This document shows positions 43,099 through 52,234 of a stretch of 64,000 nucleotides of DNA, one piece after another. Where the stretch lies: the IMG/VR virus record IMGVR_UViG_3300003155_000003. One strand, written 5' to 3'. Positions within the stretch are counted from its first letter, which is position 1; each line of letters starts with the position of its first letter. This stretch comes from a virus. The notes under the pieces were generated by a model. It was not told where the DNA came from. It made no database searches and was given only the letters and a program-made list of their open reading frames with translations. The translations under genes were made by a program, and so were the position numbers.

Positions 43099-43115
43099 AA
43101 CACCTAAAAACTTAG
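43094..43115 (+). promoter_or_regulatory. putative late promoter/leader motif L3
   Basis: GTTTTAACACCTAAAAACTTAG directly after terminator 43056-43098, 5 nt before the ATG at 43120. Confidence 0.4.
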
Positions 43116-43119
43116 AGAG

Positions 43120-43320
43120 ATGGAAAAAGAAAAACTAACCGAATATCAGATACAGATATCTTTGCCTGCTCCTAATCAAGAGATTGCTCAAGAAGTAGCA
43201 AACAAAGCCCAAGCCCTTGTAGACCAGTTCGGATACTATCAATTCTTAAACTTGGTAGACTTCATGCAGAAGAATCCAGGTGCAGTATCATTCGGTTTAA
43301 ATTTAATAAATAGGAGGTAA
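43120..43320 (+). CDS. hypothetical protein
   Basis: 66-aa ORF after the shared CTAAAAACTTAG leader motif. Confidence 0.45.
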   Translation: MEKEKLTEYQIQISLPAPNQEIAQEVANKAQALVDQFGYYQFLNLVDFMQKNPGAVSFGLNLINRR

Positions 43321-43322
43321 TT

Positions 43323-43871
43323 ATGGAAGAATTGATTTTTTCGAAACTACAAAAAGGTGATACATTGTATACCCTAGAAAGAGACAGACGTTCTATGTAT
43401 CCAATCTTTGATAAGGCTACGGTAGTCAGGGTTGGTGAAATTAAACCTATGTCTTCAGGCAATGATGGCAACTTTGTTTCAAGTATAGAAGTAGTAATTC
43501 AGGATTCAGTATCCTCATTAACTATTTTTTTACCCGTTCAAACTACGGAAGGTATTCATAATGGTATATACTACACTACCGACCTTAAGAATATTGTTAA
43601 TGAGGTAAATGTTCAAAGAACTAATGCCTTGAATATCCTTAATAACCGGGATAAGTACGAGGCCATCGTATCTGAATGTGATAATATCTTTAAGACTATT
43701 GAAGGTATGATTGCTCCTCAAGCTCCGGCTCAGGCTTATAAACCTGAAGAACTTGAAACATTCAAAAGAGAGATAGATACCCGATTATCAACTCAGGAGA
43801 ATCTTCTCTTGCAAATTGCCCAAGAGTTAGGATTAAATAACAAAGAAAAGAAAGATGGCAAAAAAGGTTAA
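43323..43871 (+). CDS. hypothetical virion-module protein
   Basis: 182-aa ORF. Confidence 0.5.
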   Translation: MEELIFSKLQKGDTLYTLERDRRSMYPIFDKATVVRVGEIKPMSSGNDGNFVSSIEVVIQDSVSSLTIFLPVQTTEGIHNGIYYTTDLKNIVNEVNVQRTNALNILNNRDKYEAIVSECDNIFKTIEGMIAPQAPAQAYKPEELETFKREIDTRLSTQENLLLQIAQELGLNNKEKKDGKKG

Positions 43872-44412
43872 CATAAATATATCGCTCCCGATAGGAAGTG
43901 TTCAGATTTATGTAGACCCAAGAAAACAAATGCAAGCAGAAAAGTTGATTACTAGAACTCCCCAAATTATGCAAAGAGGTTATGATTTGGGTTCAAGGAA
44001 GTTCGGTAATCAACTTCTTCGTATTGTTAAGAGGAGCTTAAATACGGGAGTTCCTCCTCCAGGTTCCGGAGTATCTTGGCCACCACATTCAGTAGCTACA
44101 CTTAAGAAGTATGGTTCTCATACTCTATTAAACCTTACTGGTCAATATGCAAGGTCAGTTACTATAGTGAACCGAAAAGATAGAACCTTTGTTGGTCTAC
44201 CTCCTGGATTGAAAAAGACAACCTACTTTGGAAAGACTTCTCGTAAAACCCTTAATCAAATTGCCATTATGTTAGAGTATGGTAGTAGAGATGGTAACTT
44301 ACCACCTCGTGAATTATGGGGTCCTGCTTATAAAGCTGCAGGTGGAGCTGATGCTTTACAGAAGTCTATACGTAATGAAGTAAGAAAAGAACTTAGAAAA
44401 TATACAAAATAA
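43855..44412 (+). CDS. HK97 gp10-like head-tail/tail-completion protein
   Basis: The block IAIMLEYGSRDGNLPPRELWGPA resembles the gp10-family motif (lEfGT...paRPF..pa). The position in the neck region fits. Confidence 0.5.
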   Translation: MAKKVNINISLPIGSVQIYVDPRKQMQAEKLITRTPQIMQRGYDLGSRKFGNQLLRIVKRSLNTGVPPPGSGVSWPPHSVATLKKYGSHTLLNLTGQYARSVTIVNRKDRTFVGLPPGLKKTTYFGKTSRKTLNQIAIMLEYGSRDGNLPPRELWGPAYKAAGGADALQKSIRNEVRKELRKYTK

Positions 44413-45311
44413 TGGCAGATTTTGAAGTAGATAAAACATCTGGTAAAGGTCCTACACTTGTAATGGTACACCCATTAAAGATGAATGATACTGAATCGGA
44501 TAAGAAGGCTTCATTGATTGTAGATGTCAATGGAGTTACTAAAACAGTTAGCCTTCTTCAGAAGAAAGGTACCCTTAGTTACGAATATCAATTAGAGGTA
44601 GATAAGGATACACTTAATATTCCGGGTAAAGGTGGCACTGATACTTTGGTAGTTACATCCCGTCGTAGGGGAATGATTAATGGTACTCCTCAGGGAGATT
44701 GGGAAAATGTACATGTTATTGCTGAACTTGTAGAGGGAAATCCTTTTACTGATTATGTTGTTAGATTTACTGACCAAACAGAAAAGAATCTAGAGGTAAA
44801 AATAAATTCTAAGAATAAGACTGAACAGGATATTACCGGAACTCTAATTATAAAACAGAGTGAAAGTAATGATACTAAAACTATCAAGGTTATTCAGGCT
44901 GCAGGTACAGTTTCTTATACTTATAGGTTAGAACCACCAACTGTAAATTTATTAGTACCAAAAGACCAGAATGTTAATGAATATGAAACTTCTGTTGGAT
45001 TTACGATTACTGGGTATAGAAGTAAATTAATAGAAGGTGAAAAAGTCTCTGAAGAAGTTATGGCTTTTAAAATCCCCACTGTTGGTCAATCACAGGATGT
45101 TAAGTTATTTAATTCTAATGTAACTGTAACATATTGGATTACTAATTATGGTAATATATCAAATACACCTAAAACTATTTTGTCAGCAACGGTACATGCT
45201 AAAAAAACTGCAGGAGTGATGATAAATGGAACTTCTGCTAACTTCGAGTGTGTATTTACTGATGGTGGAAAATATGCGTTTACTCCGATATTAGTGGCTC
45301 AATTAGTATAA
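44412..45311 (+). CDS. BACON-like/Ig-like repeat virion protein
   Basis: SGKGPTLVMVHPLKMNDTESDKKASLIVDVNGVTKTVSLLQKKG and DITGTLIIKQSESNDTKTIKVIQAAG carry the same ...R/K.a.i.V...g....v.v.Q..G signature as ORF 40177. Confidence 0.5.
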   Translation: MADFEVDKTSGKGPTLVMVHPLKMNDTESDKKASLIVDVNGVTKTVSLLQKKGTLSYEYQLEVDKDTLNIPGKGGTDTLVVTSRRRGMINGTPQGDWENVHVIAELVEGNPFTDYVVRFTDQTEKNLEVKINSKNKTEQDITGTLIIKQSESNDTKTIKVIQAAGTVSYTYRLEPPTVNLLVPKDQNVNEYETSVGFTITGYRSKLIEGEKVSEEVMAFKIPTVGQSQDVKLFNSNVTVTYWITNYGNISNTPKTILSATVHAKKTAGVMINGTSANFECVFTDGGKYAFTPILVAQLV

Positions 45312-45315
45312 TATT

Positions 45316-46035
45316 ATGGTAAATACAGAAGAAATAGTAGAAAGGACTTTCTATATCTGTCTACTAACGACGGCATTAAAAAGAAAGCTTACACTAAATC
45401 CTGATGATTACCTACCATTATCCTTAGAGAATGAGAAAAGATTTAAGGAAGACTCAGAAGCCTTAAAGAAATTCATACCTATCTTTGGAGTAGGTAATAA
45501 TCAGGTAAAAGGTGCAAAGACTTGTCCCAGAATCACCATAGAATTGCAAGGGTTCTATAATGGTGATATTGGTGTGAACAAATATATCATAGGAGATAAA
45601 CTAGAGAATGGTAACTACCAAGCTTCAGAATTTCCTTATGAGACTAAAGACATAACTCTGGATATACATCTTGTGGCAAATACTCAACAAGATATGAGAT
45701 TACTTCATAGTATCATGTATGAAGCTTTGCCATCAAGAGGATATGTAAGACCTTACTATAATGACATAGAAGAATGGGAAGAGGGTAAGGTTGCTCCTAC
45801 TGGAAACCTTTATATAGAGATAGGTAATTACTATGACCATCCCGATGAAAGTCATGGCCTACTCGAAAAGGTATACCAGTACATATGTAAAGACGGTATC
45901 TTGCCTGAAAAACTTGCAGGAGAAGGAGAATTGGTTCCTATCACAGATATCTCAGTACTCTTAGGTACAGTAGAAAAGAAGGAAAACGATTTACTTCAAC
46001 TCCAAGTGAATAAGGACAATACTTCAGGGTATTAA
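45316..46035 (+). CDS. hypothetical tail/neck protein
   Basis: 239 aa, immediately upstream of the sheath gene. The call is by position only. Confidence 0.45.
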   Translation: MVNTEEIVERTFYICLLTTALKRKLTLNPDDYLPLSLENEKRFKEDSEALKKFIPIFGVGNNQVKGAKTCPRITIELQGFYNGDIGVNKYIIGDKLENGNYQASEFPYETKDITLDIHLVANTQQDMRLLHSIMYEALPSRGYVRPYYNDIEEWEEGKVAPTGNLYIEIGNYYDHPDESHGLLEKVYQYICKDGILPEKLAGEGELVPITDISVLLGTVEKKENDLLQLQVNKDNTSGY

Positions 46036-46070
46036 TTAAATAAGTAACTAACTTTTAAATTAAGTATAAT

Positions 46071-47843
46071 ATGCCAAATTCACCTTCAGTTAAGTTTGAG
46101 TTTGAGAACAGAAATGTTCAACAGACTACTCCTATGTTAGGAGTTTCATGTGTATTGGCTAGAACCACGAAAGGTCCTTATGATGACCCTTCAGAAATCA
46201 TCAATTCTTTCTCACATTTCCAAAGAGTCTTTGGTTCTGAGATAGTACCAGATGGTTCTGTATCAAATATTGAGAAGGCTTTCATGGGTGGTTCTAAGCT
46301 TCGTGTTATTAGAGTATTGGGTAAGGGAGCAACCAAGGGAGTTATATCTGTAGCTGCAGCAAGAGGTGCTAGAGCAGCAAGGTCTTCTGAAGATGGTTCT
46401 TCTGTTACTGAATCTACTTCTGAAGAAGCAAGTCCTAAATCTCTCTTTAAGTTTACTTCTGGTTCTACTACAGTAGGATTCGGATTGGTAACTAAGGGTT
46501 ATGGAGACCCCATCGGTAGTGCTGAAACCTTCAATGTAAAAGTTTACAAACAAGCTAACACAATCTACTATCAAGTAGTAAGTGCTAATGGTCAGGTATT
46601 AGAACAAGGCCCTATCATTACCTACAAAACAGCAGATACTGTAAACAACACTTCAGTAGACTACCTTGCTCTAAGCGCTTTTGCAAAGAATTCAGAATAC
46701 CTTGTACCGGTTATGACCGATACAGTAGAAGGTATTAAATCTTGGAATAACCTCATTAAATGGTTAACGGATGATGTCGATGGAACAAAGAACCCAATCG
46801 ATATCAAACTTAACAATGCAGCAATTACTACCGATGTTGTTAATCTTAATGGTACTATAGGTAATGCAGGTACTACTCCAACTGCAGACGAATGGATTGC
46901 TTCTTTAGAATTCGTAAAGGATTATGTAGATGTATATCAATTCGCTTGCTCTCATATTCACCAACACCTTACTAAAGACCAAGATGTACTTAAGGTACAC
47001 AAGGCTGCAGTAGATATGGTTAAGGAATTGCAGGAGTATACCTATTATATCGAAGTACCTAAGTATACCACTCACTATACTCAAGGCGACCAGCCAAGAG
47101 ATTTGAAAAGTATCAATAGCTGGGTACAGACTTGCCTGGGTACTGTAGGTAACTCTAAGTATGTAGCTTACTTCGGTGGTGGTATTAAATACTACAACGA
47201 AGACGGTAACTTGGTAGATTCAGATGTACTGGGAACTATCTTTGGTTTGGGTGATGCTTCTGCAACTCAATTCGGTGTATGGAAATCATTTGCCGGAATG
47301 AACCGAGGTATTATTTATGATGGTAATGGTCCTGTATGTCCGAATTATGGTTCTCCTTCAAGAACTAATGAACTTAATGAGTTGGCTCAGAACTACGTAA
47401 ATATCATTTGCGTAAAGGATGTACCTAACCAGGGTAAGAGAACTTTGTTATGGCATTGCTTCTCATCTCAGGTAAAACAAGATTCAGAAAGATTTCTGGC
47501 TATTGTAAGATTGAATCTGTATCTCAAAAAGAATCTTAGACCAATCCTAGAAAGATATTTAGAAGAACCCAATATCTGGAACACTTGGAATAAGATTTGG
47601 CTTGAGGTTAAACCTATTCTTGATGCCTGCGTAGATGGCGATGCTATGTCAGAATATACCTGGATGGGTGACCAAGATGCTAACTCATACAGTGAACTCT
47701 CAGTGAACAACGAACAAGATGTTCGTCAGGGTAAGTATAAAGCTATCCTGAAATATAAAGATATCGTACCAATGCAAGAAGTTACAATGTCAATCATTAT
47801 TGACCAGGCTTCTAAGTCGGTATCAATTATTGAAAACGAATAA
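46071..47843 (+). CDS. tail sheath protein
   Basis: 590 aa, directly upstream of a gp19-like tube gene, with highly biased codon usage. The order sheath-tube-chaperone-TMP is the canonical contractile-tail order. Confidence 0.7.
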   Translation: MPNSPSVKFEFENRNVQQTTPMLGVSCVLARTTKGPYDDPSEIINSFSHFQRVFGSEIVPDGSVSNIEKAFMGGSKLRVIRVLGKGATKGVISVAAARGARAARSSEDGSSVTESTSEEASPKSLFKFTSGSTTVGFGLVTKGYGDPIGSAETFNVKVYKQANTIYYQVVSANGQVLEQGPIITYKTADTVNNTSVDYLALSAFAKNSEYLVPVMTDTVEGIKSWNNLIKWLTDDVDGTKNPIDIKLNNAAITTDVVNLNGTIGNAGTTPTADEWIASLEFVKDYVDVYQFACSHIHQHLTKDQDVLKVHKAAVDMVKELQEYTYYIEVPKYTTHYTQGDQPRDLKSINSWVQTCLGTVGNSKYVAYFGGGIKYYNEDGNLVDSDVLGTIFGLGDASATQFGVWKSFAGMNRGIIYDGNGPVCPNYGSPSRTNELNELAQNYVNIICVKDVPNQGKRTLLWHCFSSQVKQDSERFLAIVRLNLYLKKNLRPILERYLEEPNIWNTWNKIWLEVKPILDACVDGDAMSEYTWMGDQDANSYSELSVNNEQDVRQGKYKAILKYKDIVPMQEVTMSIIIDQASKSVSIIENE

Positions 47844-47854
47844 AACTAAAAGAC

Positions 47855-48319
47855 ATGGGAGCAAAAGTAAAAAATCCGAGAAAGAAATTCCTTTGGAGTA
47901 TCACTTTCCCTAAGCACCCAATCAATACCTATCTGTTCCAAACTTGTACTTTGCCAGATATTGAGATTGACCAGGTTGCTCATGGGGACGTTAACCGGGA
48001 CGTTAAAACTGCCGGTAGAGTTACAGTAGGTAACTTAGTAGTAGGGAAGTTATTAACTACTGCAGGTTCAGATACATGGCTTCATGACTGGCTTTATTCA
48101 TGCCAGGATATGATTGCAGGTGGTGGTTTGGTACCAAGCCAATACTGGGAAAATGTAATCGTAAACGAACTTGCCGAAGACGGAGTTTCTGTACTCAACA
48201 CCCACTTCTTCGAAGAGGTATGGCCATGTAAGATTACAGGTTTAGACCTGGACCGAATGGCTTCAGAAAACACAATCGAAAGTATCGAATTCTCAGTAGG
48301 TACTGTCGATAAGTATTAA
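47855..48319 (+). CDS. tail tube protein
   Basis: 154 aa. N-terminal KKFLWSITFPKHPINTYLFQTCTLPDIEI resembles gp19-type tube proteins. A terminator follows at 48356-48397. Confidence 0.7.
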   Translation: MGAKVKNPRKKFLWSITFPKHPINTYLFQTCTLPDIEIDQVAHGDVNRDVKTAGRVTVGNLVVGKLLTTAGSDTWLHDWLYSCQDMIAGGGLVPSQYWENVIVNELAEDGVSVLNTHFFEEVWPCKITGLDLDRMASENTIESIEFSVGTVDKY

Positions 48320-48355
48320 AAGCTTAGTCTATTTTCAACTAAGATTTTTAGGTGG

Positions 48356-48397
48356 AGGGGTGGGATTCCTAGAAAGGGCTCACCCCTTTCTTGTTGT
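48356..48397 (+). terminator. terminator after tube gene
   Basis: AGGGGTG at 48356-48362 pairs with CACCCCT at 48381-48387, followed by TTCTTGTTGTT. Confidence 0.6.
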
Positions 48398-48443
48398 TAT
48401 ATCAGATACTATGGATTTAAGTAACCAATTAAAATAAATAAAT

Positions 48444-49205
48444 ATGGAATTTAGAACTTGTGAATTTACAGCACCGTCAGGATTTAAGTATTCAATCCGT
48501 GAACAGAATGGAGCCGATGAGGATATTTTATCTAACCCTATGGATTCTAAGAACCTGATGAACCTTACCAAGTTTATTCAAGCAATCGTGGTAGATACGG
48601 ACTTCACTCCTAACAGGAGACTTACGGTAGAGGATGCAGACCGTATCCCTTTGAATGACCGGTACCACATTATCTTCATGTCAAGAATTTTCTCACTCGG
48701 TGAAGAAGTAGAATTTGAATATAATTGGGGCCAGAATGGTGGGTCAGTAACTTATGGTCAATCACTTCGGGAAATGGTATTTGAGAATTATGGAACATTA
48801 CCTACAGAAAAGGAAATGGATGAAAAACCTAATGCTATTCCTTATTATCCTGAGCAGAAGAAACTCGTAGACTACGAAGTAGTATTATCTTCTGGTAAAC
48901 AAGTTATGTTTGACTTGATGACCGGTGCAGGAGAACGTTGGTTGGTTATGTTACCAATAGAAAAACAAACCAAGAGTGCTGGCTTAATGGCAAGAAACCT
49001 AAGGCTATCAGTAGATAACAAATGGGAAAAGGTAGAAAACTTCTCTCTCTTTTCAGTAAGGGATATGGCTGAAATTCGTAAGGCAGTATTTACCTATGAC
49101 CCAGTATTCAGCGGTAATACCGAAGTAGAAAATCCTACTACTGGAGAAAAGGCTGAATACCCAGTTATGTTGTCATCCTCTTTTTTCTACCTGACGGAAG
49201 CGTAG
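48444..49205 (+). CDS. tail assembly chaperone (zero-frame product)
   Basis: 253 aa between the tube and tape-measure genes. It contains the slippery heptamer T_TTT_TTC five codons before its stop. Confidence 0.7.
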   Translation: MEFRTCEFTAPSGFKYSIREQNGADEDILSNPMDSKNLMNLTKFIQAIVVDTDFTPNRRLTVEDADRIPLNDRYHIIFMSRIFSLGEEVEFEYNWGQNGGSVTYGQSLREMVFENYGTLPTEKEMDEKPNAIPYYPEQKKLVDYEVVLSSGKQVMFDLMTGAGERWLVMLPIEKQTKSAGLMARNLRLSVDNKWEKVENFSLFSVRDMAEIRKAVFTYDPVFSGNTEVENPTTGEKAEYPVMLSSSFFYLTEA

Positions 49206-49354
49206 ACCACCCGGGTACATTTACTTATATATGTAGAGCTGAGATAGTCCTTGATTATCTCAGCTTTTTGCGTCTTCCGTATCGAGAAAGAAAAAGATTT
49301 AAAGACTTAGCCGATGAATATTATGATAACCTAAAAAAGATTAAAAATAAATGA
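48444..49354 (+). CDS. tail assembly chaperone, -1 frameshift-extended isoform
   Basis: After a -1 slip at 49181-49187, the frame stays open for 55 codons (LPDGSVDHPGTFTYICRAEIVLDYLSFLRLPYRERKRFKDLADEYYDNLKKIKNK). It stops at TGA 49352-49354, which overlaps the tape-measure ATG at 49351. Confidence 0.7.
49181..49187 (+). other. -1 programmed ribosomal frameshift slippery site T_TTT_TTC
   Basis: An X_XXY_YYZ heptamer in the correct phase with the zero frame (codons tct ttt ttc at 49179-49187). Confidence 0.7.
49237..49270 (+). terminator. hairpin + T-run inside the frameshift extension (terminator/attenuator-like)
   Basis: AGCTGAGATA at 49237-49246 pairs with TATCTCAGCT at 49256-49265, followed by TTTTTG. 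Confidence 0.55.
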
Positions 49355-51303
49355 TAAACAGTAGAAGCTTAGTTGAGGTCGGTGTTGCAATGGTATTAAA
49401 AGACCGATTCTCCAATGAAGCAGGCAGGATATCTAATTCATTCAGAACAATGATGAATGATATGAATACCTGGAATAGAGGTATTCAAATGTCTGCTGCT
49501 AATGCTTTTGATTTTGGAAAAGAATTGGTTGGTGGTATGGCTAAAGCCTACCAATATTCTGCAGGAGTATACGACCAAGTATTCTTAGCTTCTAAGATGT
49601 CTGGAGCAAATGCTGCTCAACAGGCAAGGCTAATGCAGGTTGCTAAGGAGGTCAACGAGGTAACACCTCTTACAGCAAAAGATATTGCATCAGGAGAAAG
49701 GTACTTGGCAATGGCCGGTAACAATGTAGAGCAAATTGAAAAAATGATTGGCCCTGCAGCTAAACTGGCTTCTATCTTTAGTATGCCTCTTGGAGAGAAA
49801 GGTGGAGTTGCTGACTTGATGACTAACATCATGCAGACCTTCAATATACCTTCTCAAAATGCTACTCAGGTAGTAGACCAATTGGCAACTGCAGTAAATT
49901 CTGCAAATATATCATTAACCGACCTTGCACAATCTTTCCAATATTCAGGAGCCGAATTTAGAAATGCCAAAATCAGTATGGGTGATGCAGCTGCAGCAAT
50001 TGGAGTACTTGGTAATCAAGGTATCCAAGCTTCATCCGCAGGTACTGCATTGGCAAACATGATGCGCTATTTAACACTTTCCGTAACCGGGCAGAAAAAA
50101 GCAGGTAGTACTATGCTAAAATCTTTAGGTATAGACCCGGCTTCTCTAGTGGATTCCCAAGGAAACCTTTTAAGGTTAGATAAGATTATAACCATGCTGG
50201 GAGATAAACTTAGAGGTAGAAGAGGTATAGATATATCTTCTGCTCTGTTCAATATCTTCGGAGTTCGAGGTACAAGAGCAGCATCTGCTTTACTTCAGGA
50301 TTATTGGTCAGGTACCAATAAGCTTACTGAACTTATGGATAAGGTAAACTCAGCAAAAGGTACAGTAGAAAGTTTAGCCCAAGAAAGATTACAAACTCCT
50401 GCAGGTATTATCGAACAGTTTAAATCAAACTGGGAGAACTTTGTAGTAACTGTAGGTTCTACCTTAGCTCAGGTATTTAATCCTTTACTAAAATTTGGTT
50501 CAGGTTTACTTAAGATAATCAATGATATCCAAGAAATTTGGGCTGGTAAATTCTTAGTAAAGGTAGTTGCTACTGGAGCTTTAGTTGGTACCTTGTATCA
50601 GGGGTTTAAGTTTATCTCGGGTACCATTAGGATGATTAGTACATTCCAAGCTTTAGCTACGGCAGAGACTGAAGGTATGGCTGCGGGTATGACTAAAACA
50701 AATGTTCAAGCTACTATCCTTGAAGGTCACCTTAGGAATATATCTGCAATGATGATGAGGATGACTGCCTTACAAATGGCTCCAGGTAAATTCTTTGCAT
50801 TACCAATGGGAGGTACTGTAGGTAAAACCAAAAAAGGTACTGTAGTAGCCAGAGATTCACAAGGGAGATTTACTTCAATGAGTACACTTGCTGGAGCAGG
50901 GGCAGGAGCTGCAGTAGGTTCTACTGTAACTAGAACAGCAGGTCAACAGGTAGCTAAGAGAGGTGCTATAGGGTTTGGTGCTAGATTACTTGGTAGTAGA
51001 CTTTTGGGATTCTTAGGTGGTCCATTGGGATTAGCTTTATCTATAGGTATACCTTTACTTATAGAGGTAATCGGAGGCCTTACAAATTCTGTAGATAAGA
51101 ATACTGAAGCTTTAAACTCTGATGATAATAAAGCTTCTATTCAAGAAAGAAACCAACAGGCTTTTGTTGAGGCAGTTAGGTCTGCAATCAGAGATGGCTT
51201 CAAGGATTCAAGAATTAATATCTCAGTAGATGGAGAACCAGTTGGAGATTTTGCTCCAGGTAATTCATCTGATTTTACTGGTATAGCTTTAGGAATAAAC
51301 TAA
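49351..51303 (+). CDS. tape measure protein
   Basis: 650 aa, A/G/L/M-rich and probably helical, with C-terminal hydrophobic Gly-rich segments (GAGAGAAVG...LLGFLGGPLGLALSIGIPLLIEVIGGL). It follows the frameshifted chaperone. Confidence 0.8.
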   Translation: MINSRSLVEVGVAMVLKDRFSNEAGRISNSFRTMMNDMNTWNRGIQMSAANAFDFGKELVGGMAKAYQYSAGVYDQVFLASKMSGANAAQQARLMQVAKEVNEVTPLTAKDIASGERYLAMAGNNVEQIEKMIGPAAKLASIFSMPLGEKGGVADLMTNIMQTFNIPSQNATQVVDQLATAVNSANISLTDLAQSFQYSGAEFRNAKISMGDAAAAIGVLGNQGIQASSAGTALANMMRYLTLSVTGQKKAGSTMLKSLGIDPASLVDSQGNLLRLDKIITMLGDKLRGRRGIDISSALFNIFGVRGTRAASALLQDYWSGTNKLTELMDKVNSAKGTVESLAQERLQTPAGIIEQFKSNWENFVVTVGSTLAQVFNPLLKFGSGLLKIINDIQEIWAGKFLVKVVATGALVGTLYQGFKFISGTIRMISTFQALATAETEGMAAGMTKTNVQATILEGHLRNISAMMMRMTALQMAPGKFFALPMGGTVGKTKKGTVVARDSQGRFTSMSTLAGAGAGAAVGSTVTRTAGQQVAKRGAIGFGARLLGSRLLGFLGGPLGLALSIGIPLLIEVIGGLTNSVDKNTEALNSDDNKASIQERNQQAFVEAVRSAIRDGFKDSRINISVDGEPVGDFAPGNSSDFTGIALGIN

Positions 51304-51310
51304 AACAATT

Positions 51311-52234
51311 ATGGCAAGAATATTGAATCAAATAGCAGGTGGGGTTGTTGAAAAGTATAATGATCTTACCCGGGATTCTGCCGGAGTTCTTACTGGTCCT
51401 TTAAATAAACTTTGGAGGGCCAGGATTTATTTAAATAGGGCTACATCTACTTTACCTAAAGACACTGCAGATAAAGGAAAGATATATGACCCTAATAATC
51501 CTTTTGGACCAAGAGCTACCTCAAAGAATCCCAAAGTAAACCAAAGGATACAAAACCAATATCGGATGGAATTAAAACATCAGGTAGAGGGTGGAGTTCC
51601 TTTTGGCTATGAAGAGATGGACCCAGCTAAGGGTAATTCCGTAAATAAGAATAAAGAACTTTTTATGGTAATGCCCGAAGTTCGTAATATGAACCAAGTA
51701 GTAATATATAATTTGGTATCAACACCTTATCAATATATCACTCTTCAAAATAGACCTTCCTCTATTGACTTCCGAGGAGAAACTACTTGGGCTACCATTA
51801 AATCAATGGGACGTAATACTCCCATGTATCATTACACTGGAGCAGAGGATATAATTCAATTCAATGTATCTTGGTTCTGTAATGACCCAGAAAATCCAGA
51901 AGAGGTAATCACTAAATGTAGGTTATTAGAGATGTGGTCTAAGGCAAACTCCTATCAGGCAAGCCCACCAATACTAAAGATTGAATGGGGTAATTCTGGT
52001 ATATTTGAGAACCATCAGTATATACTTACTTCAGCAACCTATACCTTAAACAATTTCCGAAATGCTTCAAGGACAAGGGTTGCAGGTAAATCATGCGAGA
52101 TTGATGATTTGAAATTACTTCCTGCAGCTGCAACTCAAGAATTAATCTTCAAGAGAGTAAGTGCTTATAACTTATCCTATGCAGATATTGTAAATGAAGA
52201 AACTCTAAAGAAAACGAAAGGAATAAGTTTATGA
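51311..52234 (+). CDS. hypothetical tail/baseplate protein (post-TMP position)
   Basis: 307-aa ORF. The call is by position only. Confidence 0.45.
   Translation: MARILNQIAGGVVEKYNDLTRDSAGVLTGPLNKLWRARIYLNRATSTLPKDTADKGKIYDPNNPFGPRATSKNPKVNQRIQNQYRMELKHQVEGGVPFGYEEMDPAKGNSVNKNKELFMVMPEVRNMNQVVIYNLVSTPYQYITLQNRPSSIDFRGETTWATIKSMGRNTPMYHYTGAEDIIQFNVSWFCNDPENPEEVITKCRLLEMWSKANSYQASPPILKIEWGNSGIFENHQYILTSATYTLNNFRNASRTRVAGKSCEIDDLKLLPAAATQELIFKRVSAYNLSYADIVNEETLKKTKGISL

Noticed and set aside
49208-49217. The palindrome ACCCGGGT shortly after the slippery site, considered as a frameshift-stimulating structure.
   Set aside because: It is a loop-less 8-nt palindrome and cannot form a stable intramolecular hairpin. 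No convincing stem-loop or pseudoknot lies within 5-10 nt of the heptamer.
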